Assembly (NCBI GenBank): GCA_041695225.1
Contig: JBGFRI010000001.1
Span: 1 to 64,000, forward strand
Direction: 5' to 3'
Length of the DNA stretch: 64,000 bases
Source: Deinococcota bacterium
GTDB lineage: Bacteria; Deinococcota; Deinococci; Deinococcales; Thermaceae
Shown here: piece after piece, positions 43,201-52,480 of the stretch
Numbering within the stretch: position 1 is the stretch's first letter
Layout: every line of letters begins with the position of its first letter
Position numbers and translations under genes: made by a program
The notes under the pieces: generated by a model
Databases searched by the model: none
What the model was told of the DNA's origin: nothing
What the model saw: only the letters and a program-made list of their open reading frames with translations

Positions 43201-43308
43201 CCAAAGCCCGGGCAATTTCGCGGGTACGGCATTTTGGGAGTCTGGGCCAGGTGGTTTGCCCACAAGCCTTTACGTGGGCTGGAACTGCCTTCCGAAACTC
43301 GGGAATGA
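40204..43308 (+). CDS. Zinc-ribbon, class III nucleotidyl cyclase, STAND-type ATPase and helical-repeat protein
   Basis: CPRC...CARC; FFDLSRFT, DKFFGDG, TVLGPAVNLSQRL; GPMGVGKS; VVLEDMH. Confidence 0.9.
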   Translation: MTCPRCGHTNAAGEESCARCGNTLLPGGSFVQERRWVSAVFFDLSRFTEYALAHPLEDTWQAANTALKTAANHVRLYGGHIDKFFGDGFLAVFGVPRSQESDARAALEAAQAMVASSTLPGRAGVASGLVLRTPLGGGLAGDQTVLGPAVNLSQRLSQAAPPGEVWCDATTMRLVPGVLTDALPPQPLKGYAEPLAPFRYLGLRSDPPDALGRDREVQILRQTLEVVRAGAGRRVVLYGPMGVGKSHLAQHFVQTLPAGVRGVVAPRLTGGVALRYALRQGLQKLLVDGLSQLRQLKLPEHLRAILDFSIGIEEHPGLPTNELDGLLVQTWWLLLARIAQNSPIVVVLEDMHNADPTVLDFTRQPAPPGVMLLLVARQNRWDAHDDLVSLPLEPLSLEDTQHLILRARPELGPATSLHLAEASGGYPLAVQALSLTPSGEPEPIPLYQPRLDSLPRLARVALQAAAVLGSTAPPELVRHLVGEEADLTRLVGEGFLEADEHGQLRFAIPWLREATLGQVGGQQVQNWHQQAARWYQRQGRLAEAATHLEAAGDTTTAYRMWRVVAQQAWNEERYPGAILGYLEALRLAEGSMRWQAALEAAQAHLTLGRYAEALELASLPLQTQDLPVALRQQVWAVRLEACLALGRADLVELPRPEEIVEPRLTLALARTAPLKEARALLESLPASLEGNAFLVRAKAWLRSGQVERAQVESEVYLSEYASTPAACFEARQILSEALWRQFKPNDALQALGQPPGDALPAWFSSLYKSSLAALWLDLGDFQAAAALLEESLPLLEGAPAWVIEQASRVRVRFLIESGQLDDALDFGESAVAKAPSPSLLAHLALAYALAPGRQSWLMLQRLVRGLDGVQDLEVQAVCELALGLRTWHQGQGGFTHLRNAALLARRSQNPSCYFYALTALGLLQQAQAPQKAMAVSHHLLRQTAGCGFDVQNGYARLLRAQLLLALGREPAGLLEFETKTPLAQLWKALLLGTQGEEPSPKPGQFRGYGILGVWARWFAHKPLRGLELPSETRE

Positions 43309-43523
43309 GCTTTCTGGTACTCATAACGAAAGATGCAATAGATGCTCCGGCAAAGCCTAACGCCGACGTAACATTATTCAGCGAGCGAGTTTGTGCAAGA
43401 AACTACACACAACCCTTAATCAACGGGGCCGCTGGGCCAGGTCTGATTCGGGTTTGAGCGCTTGCTGAGGTATACTGCCAGCGGGTAAAAGACCCAAAAA
43501 TTTATCTACCGGGAGGTTCACAG

Positions 43524-44741
43524 ATGCACCGTCGTATCCTGTTGGTGATTGCAGCGTTGCTGCTAGCGGCTTGTGGAACCAGGCTAGACCCAGAGGCACA
43601 GGCCCCACTGCTTGGGCTTGACAACCCCAAGGTAATTCCGGGCCAGTACATCGTGGTCTTCAAAGAGGATGCCAGTGTGTTGCCCGCGTTGCAGCGGCTT
43701 AGAGCCAGTCTCGAGCGTGGGGTTCACCTGCAAAGGCAAGATTTACAGAGCCTCGGGCTGGCTGGCGATGCAACGGTTCAACATGTCTACACCGCAACCA
43801 TCCAGGGGCTGGCTGCGCGCCTTTCACCGGAAAATCTGGCTCTCTTGCGCCGGGACGCTCGAGTGGCCTTTATTGAAGCCGACCAAATTGTCACCCTTGC
43901 TGCCACAACCCAGCCGAACGCCACCTGGGGCCTGGACCGGATTGACCAGCGCAGCCTGCCGCTAAACGGTACGTTTATCTACCTGAATACCGGCGCCGGG
44001 GTGAATGTGTACGTTCTCGACACCGGAATTCGCTTTAGCCATACGGAATTTGGTGGCCGGGCGGTTAGCGGCTTTGACGCCATTGGAGATGGGCAGAACG
44101 GAAACGACTGTAACGGGCACGGAACCCATGTAGCGGGCACCGCCGGCGGTGCGACCTTCGGGGTAGCCAAAGGAGTGCGCCTGCACTCGGTGCGGGTGCT
44201 AGACTGCGCCGGCTCGGGCACCACCTCCGGGGTGATCGCCGGGGTAGACTGGGTGCGCCTCAATGCACAAAGGCCAGCGGTAGCCAACATGAGCCTTGGT
44301 GGGAGGGCCTCGAGTGCTCTGGACACCGCCGTCAACAATGCCATCAACTCCGGCATCACCTTTACCCTGGCCGCCGGCAATAGCAACCAAAATGCCTGTA
44401 ACTTCTCGCCAGCCCGGGTAGCAGCAGGCATTACTGTGGGGGCCACCACCTCCACCGATGCCCGGGCCTCGTACTCCAATTTTGGAAGCTGTCTGGACCT
44501 GTTTGCTCCGGGCTCTTCCATCACTTCGGCCTGGCATACCAGCGATACCGCCACCAACACTATCAGCGGAACCTCGATGGCGGCACCGCACGTGGCCGGG
44601 GTAGCGGCGCTAATCCTGCAAAGCAATCCCTCCGCCACCCCGTCAACGGTCCGCGACACCATTGTGGCCAACGCTACTACCGGCGTGGTGACGAGTCCTG
44701 GCCGGGGTTCGCCTAATCGCCTGCTCTTTACAAACTACTAA
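43524..44741 (+). CDS. Subtilisin-like S8 protease (aqualysin/proteinase K type), lipoprotein
   Basis: LAAC lipobox, I9 propeptide, LDTG, NGHGTHVAG, GTSMAAPHVAG. Confidence 0.95.
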   Translation: MHRRILLVIAALLLAACGTRLDPEAQAPLLGLDNPKVIPGQYIVVFKEDASVLPALQRLRASLERGVHLQRQDLQSLGLAGDATVQHVYTATIQGLAARLSPENLALLRRDARVAFIEADQIVTLAATTQPNATWGLDRIDQRSLPLNGTFIYLNTGAGVNVYVLDTGIRFSHTEFGGRAVSGFDAIGDGQNGNDCNGHGTHVAGTAGGATFGVAKGVRLHSVRVLDCAGSGTTSGVIAGVDWVRLNAQRPAVANMSLGGRASSALDTAVNNAINSGITFTLAAGNSNQNACNFSPARVAAGITVGATTSTDARASYSNFGSCLDLFAPGSSITSAWHTSDTATNTISGTSMAAPHVAGVAALILQSNPSATPSTVRDTIVANATTGVVTSPGRGSPNRLLFTNY

Positions 44742-44798
44742 ACGCTTTTTGAGAGCTGTTTCACAGGGCCGAGGCAGGAAAAAGTAGCTGTTGTTGCG

Positions 44799-44984
44799 TT
44801 GCGAGGAGCCGCAGGCCCCCCGTCATCTCTAGGAGGCCAAAGACCGACGAAGCAGTCCAGGAGGGACTTAAGCGCACTCTGGCTGCTGGGCTGATCTGGA
44901 CTGCTTCCCCTTCGGCTACGCCTCAGGGCCTGCGCTGAGGGCAGTCGAAGGGTCGCAACGACGAAAAATCCATTCCTGCCGTCA
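44799..44984 (-). repeat. Repeat family A, copy 4, with nested family C unit
   Basis: Reverse complement reads GACGGCAGGAAT..TTTTCGTCGTTGCGAC..CCTGAGGCGTAGCCGAAGGGGAAGCAGTCCAG..CTGGACTGCTTC. Confidence 0.85.
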
Positions 44985-45164
44985 TGCTGGGGCCGCCCAT
45001 GCCGGCGAATCTAATCTGCCGTGAAGGTCTTTACACAAATGTCAGCACAGCGCATCAGATTCTTGTATCTTGTTGTCGGAGGTTAAGGGCGTAGCAGCCA
45101 GATAGATTAGATCCTTGCTTCGACGCGCACAGCACAAGCGCTGCGCTGCCCTGAGGTACGAATA

Positions 45165-45238
45165 GAATAGTCGCAAGTCCCAAGTCGCATGTCAAAAGAC
45201 CCGTGACCTGAGACCTTCGACCTGAGACCTTCGACACT
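45165..45238. repeat. Heptamer array before dnaG
   Basis: GTCGCAA GTCCCAA GTCGCAT then GACCTGA GACCTTC repeated. Confidence 0.8.
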
Positions 45239-45240
45239 TT

Positions 45241-47058
45241 ATGGATGCCCAAAGCGCCCAGGCCATTGAACTGATTCGCTCCCGCATGCCCATTCAGGAG
45301 CTGGTGGGGCGTTATGTGGCGCTCAAACCCAGCGGCAAGGGTACCTGGAAGGGGCTGTGCCCTTTTCATCAGGAAAAAACCCCTTCGTTTCAGGTCAACG
45401 AGGCCAAGGGGCTGTGCTACTGCTTTGGCTGTAAAAGCGGCGGTGATATCTTTGCATTCTTGCAAAAGATCGAGGGCATCGAGTTTAGGGAGGCCCTGGA
45501 GCGCCTTGCTCAGGAGACCGGTGTGGAGCTTCCGCAGTACAGGGGACGCGCTCCCGCACGCAAAGAAGCCCTGCAGGTTCTCGAGCTGTCTCAGGCCTAT
45601 TTCCGCTCGCACCTTGGCGGCGAAGCGCTGCAATACCTGCTAGGGCGTGGCCTGACCCCCGAATCCATCGAACAATTTGGCCTGGGCTACGCCCCAGGCC
45701 GCCGGGATGGCCTGATCAAATACCTGCACAGTCACGGAGTGAGCCCACAAGAGGGAATGGAAGCAGGGGTGCTGATGGAGCGCGAAGGGCACTTTTTCGA
45801 CCGCTTTCGCCACCGGGTGACCTTCCCCATCCAGGACCCTCTGGGCCGCATCGTAGCCTTTACTGCTCGAGCCCTAGCCAAAGACGACCAGCCCAAGTAT
45901 CTCAACTCCCCCGAGACTCCCCTATTCAAGAAAAGCCTGCTGCTCTATGGTTACCCCCAAGCCCGCCCGAACATCCGCCAGCAGCGACGGGTGGTGGTGG
46001 TGGAGGGTCTTTTTGATGTTATTGCGCTACACCAGATGGGCTTTAGCGAGGCTGTGGCGGTGCTGGGTTCTTCGCTGGCTGCCGAGCAGGCCCACCTGCT
46101 CAAGCGGGCCGATGCAGCCGAACTCTACCTGTCCTTCGATGCCGACGAGGCCGGCCGCAAAGCCACCCTGCAAAGCCTGAACCTGGAGATTGCCCGCAGT
46201 TTTGTGGTGTATGCGGTCTTGCTCGAGGGGGGGAAAGACCCTGCCGATCTGTTGCTGGTACCCGACGGCAAAGACCGTTTTCAGGCTGCACTGACGGCTG
46301 CGCTGCCCGAGGTGGAGTACCGCTTTGAAGTAGCCTCCAAAGGGTTAGATCTGCGTCGCCCGGAGCACAAAAAACGTGTTCTCGAGGCCCTGCGGCCCCG
46401 CCTGATCTCGGACGAGCCCTTCGACCGGGTTGTCGAGAAGCTCAAGGCCAAGGTGATCGGGGCGCTGGAGCTTTCGCCCCGTGCTCTGGAAGACTACCTG
46501 GCGCAGGGCCGAGCCTCTTCGCGGCGGACGCAAGGGCGTACGACCAGCAACCTAAAGCCCCAGCGTGGCCCAGCTGGGCCTGATAAAACGACCAGTATGG
46601 GGCTCAGTCGCCCCGACCTGACCGAGAAGCGCCTGTTGCGCGAGCTGGATGTAATCGCGCTGTTGCACTCGGTGCCCGAGGAAGAGTTTGTGCACTGGGC
46701 GCTTTATGTGGAGGACCACACCTGGCCTGGCGAAGGCAGCTTGCTGGCCGAGTTTATGCAGGCAGCCCGGTCCGAACAGGGTAAAAGCCGCATTCTTAAG
46801 CAGTTCGAGCAGCGGGGAGAGGGGGCCCGGCTAATAGATGTTCTGATGAAAAGCCCCAGTATTGACCGTGCGAACCTCGAGACCCACCTGGCCATCGCGA
46901 TGGCCAGGGTGCGCGAGGTGTACTACGAGATGCGTCTGGATAAGCTCAAAGCCCAGCTAAGTTCAATCAGCGACCCGGAAGAAAACCGCACTTTGATTGT
47001 AGAGATCCAGGAAGTGTTGCAGGCTATCGAGGCTGAGCGGCGGGTATACAAGCGCTGA
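45241..47058 (+). CDS. dnaG: DNA primase
   Basis: CPFH.EKTPSF..CFGC zinc finger, KYLNSPET, VEGLFD, FDADEAG. Confidence 0.97.
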   Translation: MDAQSAQAIELIRSRMPIQELVGRYVALKPSGKGTWKGLCPFHQEKTPSFQVNEAKGLCYCFGCKSGGDIFAFLQKIEGIEFREALERLAQETGVELPQYRGRAPARKEALQVLELSQAYFRSHLGGEALQYLLGRGLTPESIEQFGLGYAPGRRDGLIKYLHSHGVSPQEGMEAGVLMEREGHFFDRFRHRVTFPIQDPLGRIVAFTARALAKDDQPKYLNSPETPLFKKSLLLYGYPQARPNIRQQRRVVVVEGLFDVIALHQMGFSEAVAVLGSSLAAEQAHLLKRADAAELYLSFDADEAGRKATLQSLNLEIARSFVVYAVLLEGGKDPADLLLVPDGKDRFQAALTAALPEVEYRFEVASKGLDLRRPEHKKRVLEALRPRLISDEPFDRVVEKLKAKVIGALELSPRALEDYLAQGRASSRRTQGRTTSNLKPQRGPAGPDKTTSMGLSRPDLTEKRLLRELDVIALLHSVPEEEFVHWALYVEDHTWPGEGSLLAEFMQAARSEQGKSRILKQFEQRGEGARLIDVLMKSPSIDRANLETHLAIAMARVREVYYEMRLDKLKAQLSSISDPEENRTLIVEIQEVLQAIEAERRVYKR

Positions 47059-47067
47059 GCCAGTGCA

Positions 47068-47175
47068 ACGGTCGAAGGTCTGAAGACGAAGGTCGAAGGC
47101 CAAAAGCTTATAGCCGATAGCTTATAGCCAATAGCCAAAAGACAACGGTCAAAGCTCTAAAGACGAAGTCGAAGT
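47068..47175. repeat. Heptamer array after dnaG
   Basis: GGTCGAA and GACGAAG units plus ATAGCCG/ATAGCTT units (reverse complement of those at 15069). Confidence 0.8.
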
Positions 47176-47196
47176 CCAGAACGCCCGAACAGAGTG

Positions 47197-47859
47197 TCAG
47201 CGGCTCAGGCGCAACTCGGGCAGGCCCTGCACCAGATACTCGTCGTGGGTTGCCAGAATAACTGCAGTGTTTAGCTCTTTTGCCAGGCCTAGCATTAGCT
47301 CGAGCACCTTCTGGGCATTACGCCGGTCCAGGCTGCCCGTGGGCTCGTCGGCCAGCAGCAGTTTGGGGCGGTTATAGAGGGCTCTGGCTACTGCAACACG
47401 CTGGCGCTCACCCCCCGAGAGTGCCCTGGGAAGTAGCTGGGCCCGTTCAAGCAGTCCGACCCGACGCAGCAACTCCTGCCCCCAGGTCGGGTCTACCTTG
47501 CCGGCCAGATAACCCGGAACCAGGATGTTCTCCAGTGCGGTCAGTTCGGCTTGCAGATAGTGGTGTTGAAAAACCAGGCCAGCAAAAAACAGCCGCTGCC
47601 GCGCCAGCGCCTCTTCGCTCAGGCTACGGATACTCTGGCCCTGCCAGCGCACATCTCCCGATTGAATGGTCAGTAAGCCAGCCAGAAGGTGCAACAGGGT
47701 GGTTTTACCGCTTCCAGACGGCCCCAGGACGACCCGTGTCTCGCCCTGGTGTACTGCAAAATCAAGTCTTTGAAATAGCTGAACCTCAGCATAGCCAAAA
47801 CCCAGGTCCACAGCTTCCAGCACTGGAATGTTACCTGCTACTGGCAAACCGTCACCCAC
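47197..47859 (-). CDS. ABC transporter ATP-binding protein (LolD-like)
   Basis: GPSGSGKT, LSGGERQRVA, LADEPTGSLD, ATHD; start inferred. Confidence 0.88.
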   Translation of the reverse strand: MGDGLPVAGNIPVLEAVDLGFGYAEVQLFQRLDFAVHQGETRVVLGPSGSGKTTLLHLLAGLLTIQSGDVRWQGQSIRSLSEEALARQRLFFAGLVFQHHYLQAELTALENILVPGYLAGKVDPTWGQELLRRVGLLERAQLLPRALSGGERQRVAVARALYNRPKLLLADEPTGSLDRRNAQKVLELMLGLAKELNTAVILATHDEYLVQGLPELRLSR

Positions 47860-47877
47860 CCCTGTAAAGTGTACCTG

Positions 47878-48555
47878 ATGCTCGTTGATATGCAGCTGCT
47901 TGCCAAAACCCCGCTGTTTCAGGCGGTGCCGCCCGTGGCGCTCGAGGTGGCCCGCGAGTCTTTTGTGACCCGAAGTTATACGGCGGGTAAGCAAATTTTT
48001 GAGGCAGGGGACATGGGAGCAGCGCTGTATGTAATCCAGACTGGCCAGGTTCGCATCTACCGAACCTACCTCGACGGACGTGAGCGGATGTTTGCCTATC
48101 TCGGCCCTGGCGAAGTGTTTGGCGAGATGAGCCTGCTGGACGATCAGCCCCGCAGCGCCTCCGCCGAGACTACCGTCGACTCGCTACTGCTGGTTTTGTA
48201 CCAGGATGCCTACTGGAGCCTGGTACGCAAATGGCCGGAAATCCTGCACAATCTGGCTACCATCCTGGCCCGACGGCTGCGTGAAGCCGATCTGGAGCTG
48301 GAAGTTCTTTCCTTTGAAGAGGCCAGGGGCCGGGTAGCCTATGCCCTAACCAAGTTGCGAAAGCAACGCTATGGCGACGGCGTCAAGATGAAACTTACCC
48401 ACCAGGAGCTGGCCCAGCTCTCGGGAACCAGCCGCGAGACCGTGACCCGCGTCCTGCATGCACTTCGTGAAGAAGAACTGGTCAAGGTGGGCTCGGGTTT
48501 CGTGGAAATCCTGGACCCGGCCGGCCTTGAAGAGGTCTTGTTTGGGCTGCGATAG
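47878..48555 (+). CDS. Crp/Fnr family transcriptional regulator
   Basis: FGEMSLL..PRSA cNMP domain; LTHQELAQLSGTSRETVTR HTH. Confidence 0.93.
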   Translation: MLVDMQLLAKTPLFQAVPPVALEVARESFVTRSYTAGKQIFEAGDMGAALYVIQTGQVRIYRTYLDGRERMFAYLGPGEVFGEMSLLDDQPRSASAETTVDSLLLVLYQDAYWSLVRKWPEILHNLATILARRLREADLELEVLSFEEARGRVAYALTKLRKQRYGDGVKMKLTHQELAQLSGTSRETVTRVLHALREEELVKVGSGFVEILDPAGLEEVLFGLR

Positions 48556-48724
48556 CCTTTAGAGCCCATCTACCGCTGGCGCCAAAGGTAGTGGGTGCCT
48601 AGGTTACGGCTTTGCCGGAATCGCGTAAGCGACTCGCCTCGGGTAGGGTCTGCTCTAATGACCAGTTCCGAGGCCTCTTCCAACAATCTCGGTCTGTCCG
48701 GTATGATTCCCTCTATCCCCATCT

Positions 48725-49384
48725 ATGCCCCAGATAGCCCCCTCCATGCTCGCAGCCGACTTTACCCGCCTGGGTGAACAGGTTCTGGTCTGCGCCGAGG
48801 CAGGGGCCGACCTGATTCATGTGGATGTGATGGATGGGCGGTTTGTGCCCAACATTAGTATGGGGCTGGTGGTAGTCGAAGCCCTGAGGAGGGTGAGCCC
48901 CCTGCCGCTCGATGTGCACCTGATGATTCTCGAGCCCGAACGGTATCTGGCCGACTTTGCCAGAGCCGGGGCAAGCTTCCTGACCTTCCACCCCGAGGCT
49001 ACCCTCCATGCCCACCGGGTAGTGGAGCAGATTTTGGAACTTGGGGTCAAGGCTGGTATGGCGGTAAATCCCGGTACGCCCCTGGAGTACTTTGAGCCGC
49101 TGTTGTGCGATCTGGATCTGGCCCTGCTGATGACGGTAAACCCGGGTTTTGCCGGGCAAAAGTTTATTGGCCGTAGTCTGGAGAGGTTACGGCAGCTCAA
49201 GCAGATGCGCGACCAGCTTAACCCCCGGTGTTTGCTCGAGGTGGATGGTGGAATCAACCGCCAGACTGCTCCTCAGGTGGTGGCGCTCGGGGCAGATATC
49301 CTGGTGGCAGGTTCGGCGGTGTTTGATGGCGATATTGCCAGGAACATAGCCGCACTGAGGGAGAGTTATGCGTTTGCGGGCTGA
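48725..49384 (+). CDS. rpe: Ribulose-phosphate 3-epimerase
   Basis: [30 protein letters not shown]. Confidence 0.97.
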   Translation: MPQIAPSMLAADFTRLGEQVLVCAEAGADLIHVDVMDGRFVPNISMGLVVVEALRRVSPLPLDVHLMILEPERYLADFARAGASFLTFHPEATLHAHRVVEQILELGVKAGMAVNPGTPLEYFEPLLCDLDLALLMTVNPGFAGQKFIGRSLERLRQLKQMRDQLNPRCLLEVDGGINRQTAPQVVALGADILVAGSAVFDGDIARNIAALRESYAFAG

Positions 49385-50102
49385 TCTGGTTCCACAGGAC
49401 AACCTGCACTACCAGGATGTAGTGCTGGTGGTGGATGTGATCAGGGCAACCACCACGGCAACGGCCTTTTTGGAAGCCGGGGCTAGCAGCCTGTATCTTA
49501 CAGCAGGTCTGGAACACGCTAGAGCCTTTCGAGATACCGATGTGGTCCTGGCGGGTGAGGAAGGGGGCCTTAAGCCCGTGGGCTTTGATTATGGCAACTC
49601 GCCCAGGGAGGCCAAAGATGCGCCGGTCAGGGGCAAGATTGTGGTGATGAGCACCACCAACGGTACCCGCACAGCGCACCTGGCGGCTCGCAGCGCTAAA
49701 CACGTTTTACTGGCCTCGCTCTACAACGCCCATGCCGCGGCCCGCCTGGCGCACCAGCTTGCAACCGAGGAGGTTGCGATTCTGTGCGCCGGCAAGGAGG
49801 GCCGCATTGGCCTGGACGATGTATACACCGCAGGCGTTCTGGCGGAGTTTTTGCAAATTATGGGGCCATACCAGCTCGAGGATGGGGCCTATACAGCCCT
49901 CACCACCCGTCGAACCTATGCCGATCCCCTGGAGCCCTTGAGCCTTTCCGCTGCTGCTCTGGCCTTGCGGCAGGTGGGTTTGGAGGCCGACGTGGCTTTC
50001 TGTGCCCAGATAGCCGCTTCTCCGGCCGTGGGCGTGCTGGAAGGGCGAGTGGGTGAGGCCCTAATTTTCAGAAGAGCCCAGCGCCCAGCCAACGGTAGCT
50101 AA
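49368..50102 (+). CDS. 2-phosphosulfolactate phosphatase (ComB family)
   Basis: [12 protein letters not shown]....FDYGNSP, STTNGT. Confidence 0.9.
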   Translation: MRLRADLVPQDNLHYQDVVLVVDVIRATTTATAFLEAGASSLYLTAGLEHARAFRDTDVVLAGEEGGLKPVGFDYGNSPREAKDAPVRGKIVVMSTTNGTRTAHLAARSAKHVLLASLYNAHAAARLAHQLATEEVAILCAGKEGRIGLDDVYTAGVLAEFLQIMGPYQLEDGAYTALTTRRTYADPLEPLSLSAAALALRQVGLEADVAFCAQIAASPAVGVLEGRVGEALIFRRAQRPANGS

Positions 50103-50252
50103 AGCCAGTTTCCAGCAGGCTTAGTGTGAGACAAGTGCCGACCCCAATTGAAGCAGTACCCACCTCAGTGGGAGCGGGTCCTGGCCCGTTTCTTATCGGA
50201 CCTGGCAGCCCGGCCACGCAAGGAGTGTGCATCCTCCCCGCAGCCGGAGCCG

Positions 50253-51038
50253 TTACAACCACCCTCTGATTCGGTAACTCAGCAGTCCCAGGTACTCCCG
50301 GGTTACGGGGGTGAGGGCCCGAAAGCGGTCGGCAGGCTTGCTGAGCAACATATCAAAGCGGGGTTCACTGGATACCACACTCACCACCTCTACTCCCAAG
50401 TGGCGAAAGGTTCGGGCAGAGCGCTGGCTGTGGGTGGGGGAAGTCACCAGCAAAACCCGGCCCCAGCCCCGCTCCCTGACCAGCTGGGCCACCGCCAGCG
50501 CCTCGGTGCGGGTGTTGCGCATCTGGGGCAGCATGTGAATTTCCGGGCCACCCTGGCCAAACAACGCCTTAACGCGCTTCTGGGCCTCGAGGCCCAGCGA
50601 GGGGCAGCGAGTATGGCCAAAAACCTCGCCCACTGTATCGGAAAGAGAAATCCGGGGCGCAAAGCCAGCCCGCCAGAGTTCCAGACCTTTTAGCAGGCGG
50701 GCTAGCGAGGCGGCCTCGAGCTCCCCCGATCCGCAGTGCATACCCCCGCCCAGTACCACAATCAAATCGGCTTGCTGGGGGGGTTGGTCCACCACCAGAC
50801 CCTGGACCAGCACCGGCATTAGTGGGGTGAAGGCCACTGCCGCAGTTAGCAAAGCAGCAGCCGCACTGCCTACCAGCAAGACGCGAAAGGTGAATACAAA
50901 CAAGCCAGTTAGACTGCCCGCCAGCCAGACCAGGCCCAACGGCCCCAGGCGAATATCGGGGTTAAGCACCAGGCCCAGCGGCAGCAGTAGCAGGCTGAGC
51001 CCTGCGGCAATTAAAAGTCGCTCCCGTAGCTTAGGCAT
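50253..51038 (-). CDS. YdcF/DUF218 family membrane protein
   Basis: IVVLGGG, NTRTEA, LVTSPTH, REY; N-terminal transmembrane helices. Confidence 0.88.
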   Translation of the reverse strand: MPKLRERLLIAAGLSLLLLPLGLVLNPDIRLGPLGLVWLAGSLTGLFVFTFRVLLVGSAAAALLTAAVAFTPLMPVLVQGLVVDQPPQQADLIVVLGGGMHCGSGELEAASLARLLKGLELWRAGFAPRISLSDTVGEVFGHTRCPSLGLEAQKRVKALFGQGGPEIHMLPQMRNTRTEALAVAQLVRERGWGRVLLVTSPTHSQRSARTFRHLGVEVVSVVSSEPRFDMLLSKPADRFRALTPVTREYLGLLSYRIRGWL

Positions 51039-51280
51039 CAGGACAATCTTACCTAACGCTAAACTGCATACTGTTCAGGTCTTTCGCCCAGCCACGGTCC
51101 AAGGTTCGGATACCGGGTGCCCTTACCTGGACTTTTCAAAGGGTCTTCTGTCTTCCAGCTTCTCGGCTTTCAGGCATTCACTCTCAAGTCACCACGCTAA
51201 CCTCGCCAGTAAAACTCTTTTTGCACGCTTTCGCATTCTTTTACGCTTTTTCAGCACAGTACGGGTGATAGCATATCTTT

Positions 51281-52402
51281 ATGGCGGTTTTATCCACAGA
51301 TCAAAAGATGGTACTCGAGATGGTTCGGCAGGTTTCCCGCGAGGTTTTGTGGGACAAGGCCCCCGAGTACGACCAGTCGGGGCAGTACCCCTGGCCCCAG
51401 CTAAAGCAGCTTGCACAGCTGGGGCTGCTGGGGATGACCACCCCCGAAGCCTGGGGTGGGGCCGGGCTGGACTCGGTAACCTGGGCGCTGGCCATGGAGG
51501 AAATTGCCGCCGCCGACCCCAGTGTGGCGGTGATTCTCTCGGTCACCTCGGGTCTGCCGCAGTACATGCTGAACAAGTATGGCAGCGAGGCACAAAAGAA
51601 AAGATATCTGCTACCGCTAGCCAGGGGCGAGTGGATTGGGGCTTTCTGCCTGACCGAGCCGCACGCGGGCTCCGACCCAGCCTCCCTGAACCTTGCGGCT
51701 AAAAAAGTGCCTGGCGGCTGGCAGCTCGATGGCCTGAAAAGCTGGGTTACCTCGGGCGGACAGGCCCAGCTCTATGTGGTGATGGCCAGGGGCCAGGAGG
51801 GAATCAGCAGCTTTCTGGTGGAGAAAGACACCCCAGGCCTCAGCTTTGGCAGCCCCGAGGAAAAGATGGGCCTTCACGCTGCCCACACCTGCGAGGTGCG
51901 CTTCGACGGGGTATTTGTGCCCGAGCAGAACCTACTGGGCCAGGAGGGGCGGGGGCTGGCCCAGGCCCTGTCTGGGCTGGACTCGGGGCGGATAGGTATT
52001 GCTGCTCAGGCGGTGGGGATGGCCCGCGCCGCTTTTGAGATTGCCATGCAGTACGCCGATGAACGCAGCCAGTTTGGCCAGAAAATACGGGAGTTTCAGG
52101 GGGTGAGCTTCAAGCTGGCCGATATGTACACCCGGATTGCTGCGGCCCGGGCCCTGACCCTCGAGGCCGCCGCCAAAAAAGACCGGGGCGAGAGATACAC
52201 CCTGGAGGCCTCTGTCGCCAAGCTTTTTGCCTCGGACGTAGCAGTCGGTGTGGCCCGCGAGGCGGTGCAGGTGCTGGGGGGGTATGGCTACCACCGCGAG
52301 TACCGGGTGGAGCGCTATTACCGCGACGCCAAAGTTACTGAGATTTACGAGGGCACCAGCGAGATTCAAAAAGTGGTAATCGCCCGCGAGCTTTTCCGCT
52401 AA
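51281..52402 (+). CDS. Acyl-CoA dehydrogenase
   Basis: FCLTEPHAGSD, GRIGIAAQA, RDAKVTEIYEGTSEIQ. Confidence 0.95.
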   Translation: MAVLSTDQKMVLEMVRQVSREVLWDKAPEYDQSGQYPWPQLKQLAQLGLLGMTTPEAWGGAGLDSVTWALAMEEIAAADPSVAVILSVTSGLPQYMLNKYGSEAQKKRYLLPLARGEWIGAFCLTEPHAGSDPASLNLAAKKVPGGWQLDGLKSWVTSGGQAQLYVVMARGQEGISSFLVEKDTPGLSFGSPEEKMGLHAAHTCEVRFDGVFVPEQNLLGQEGRGLAQALSGLDSGRIGIAAQAVGMARAAFEIAMQYADERSQFGQKIREFQGVSFKLADMYTRIAAARALTLEAAAKKDRGERYTLEASVAKLFASDVAVGVAREAVQVLGGYGYHREYRVERYYRDAKVTEIYEGTSEIQKVVIARELFR

Positions 52403-52480
52403 GCCTCGAGGTGAGCAACTACCGAGGGGTGGGCCAGGGAAGCTTGACCCTGCCCAGCAAGACCCTTAGTCTCGAAAAAG

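Noticed and set aside
47860..47994. Extended N-terminus of the ABC ATPase
   Set aside because: Overlaps the divergent Crp gene; a leaderless GTG at 47859 fits better
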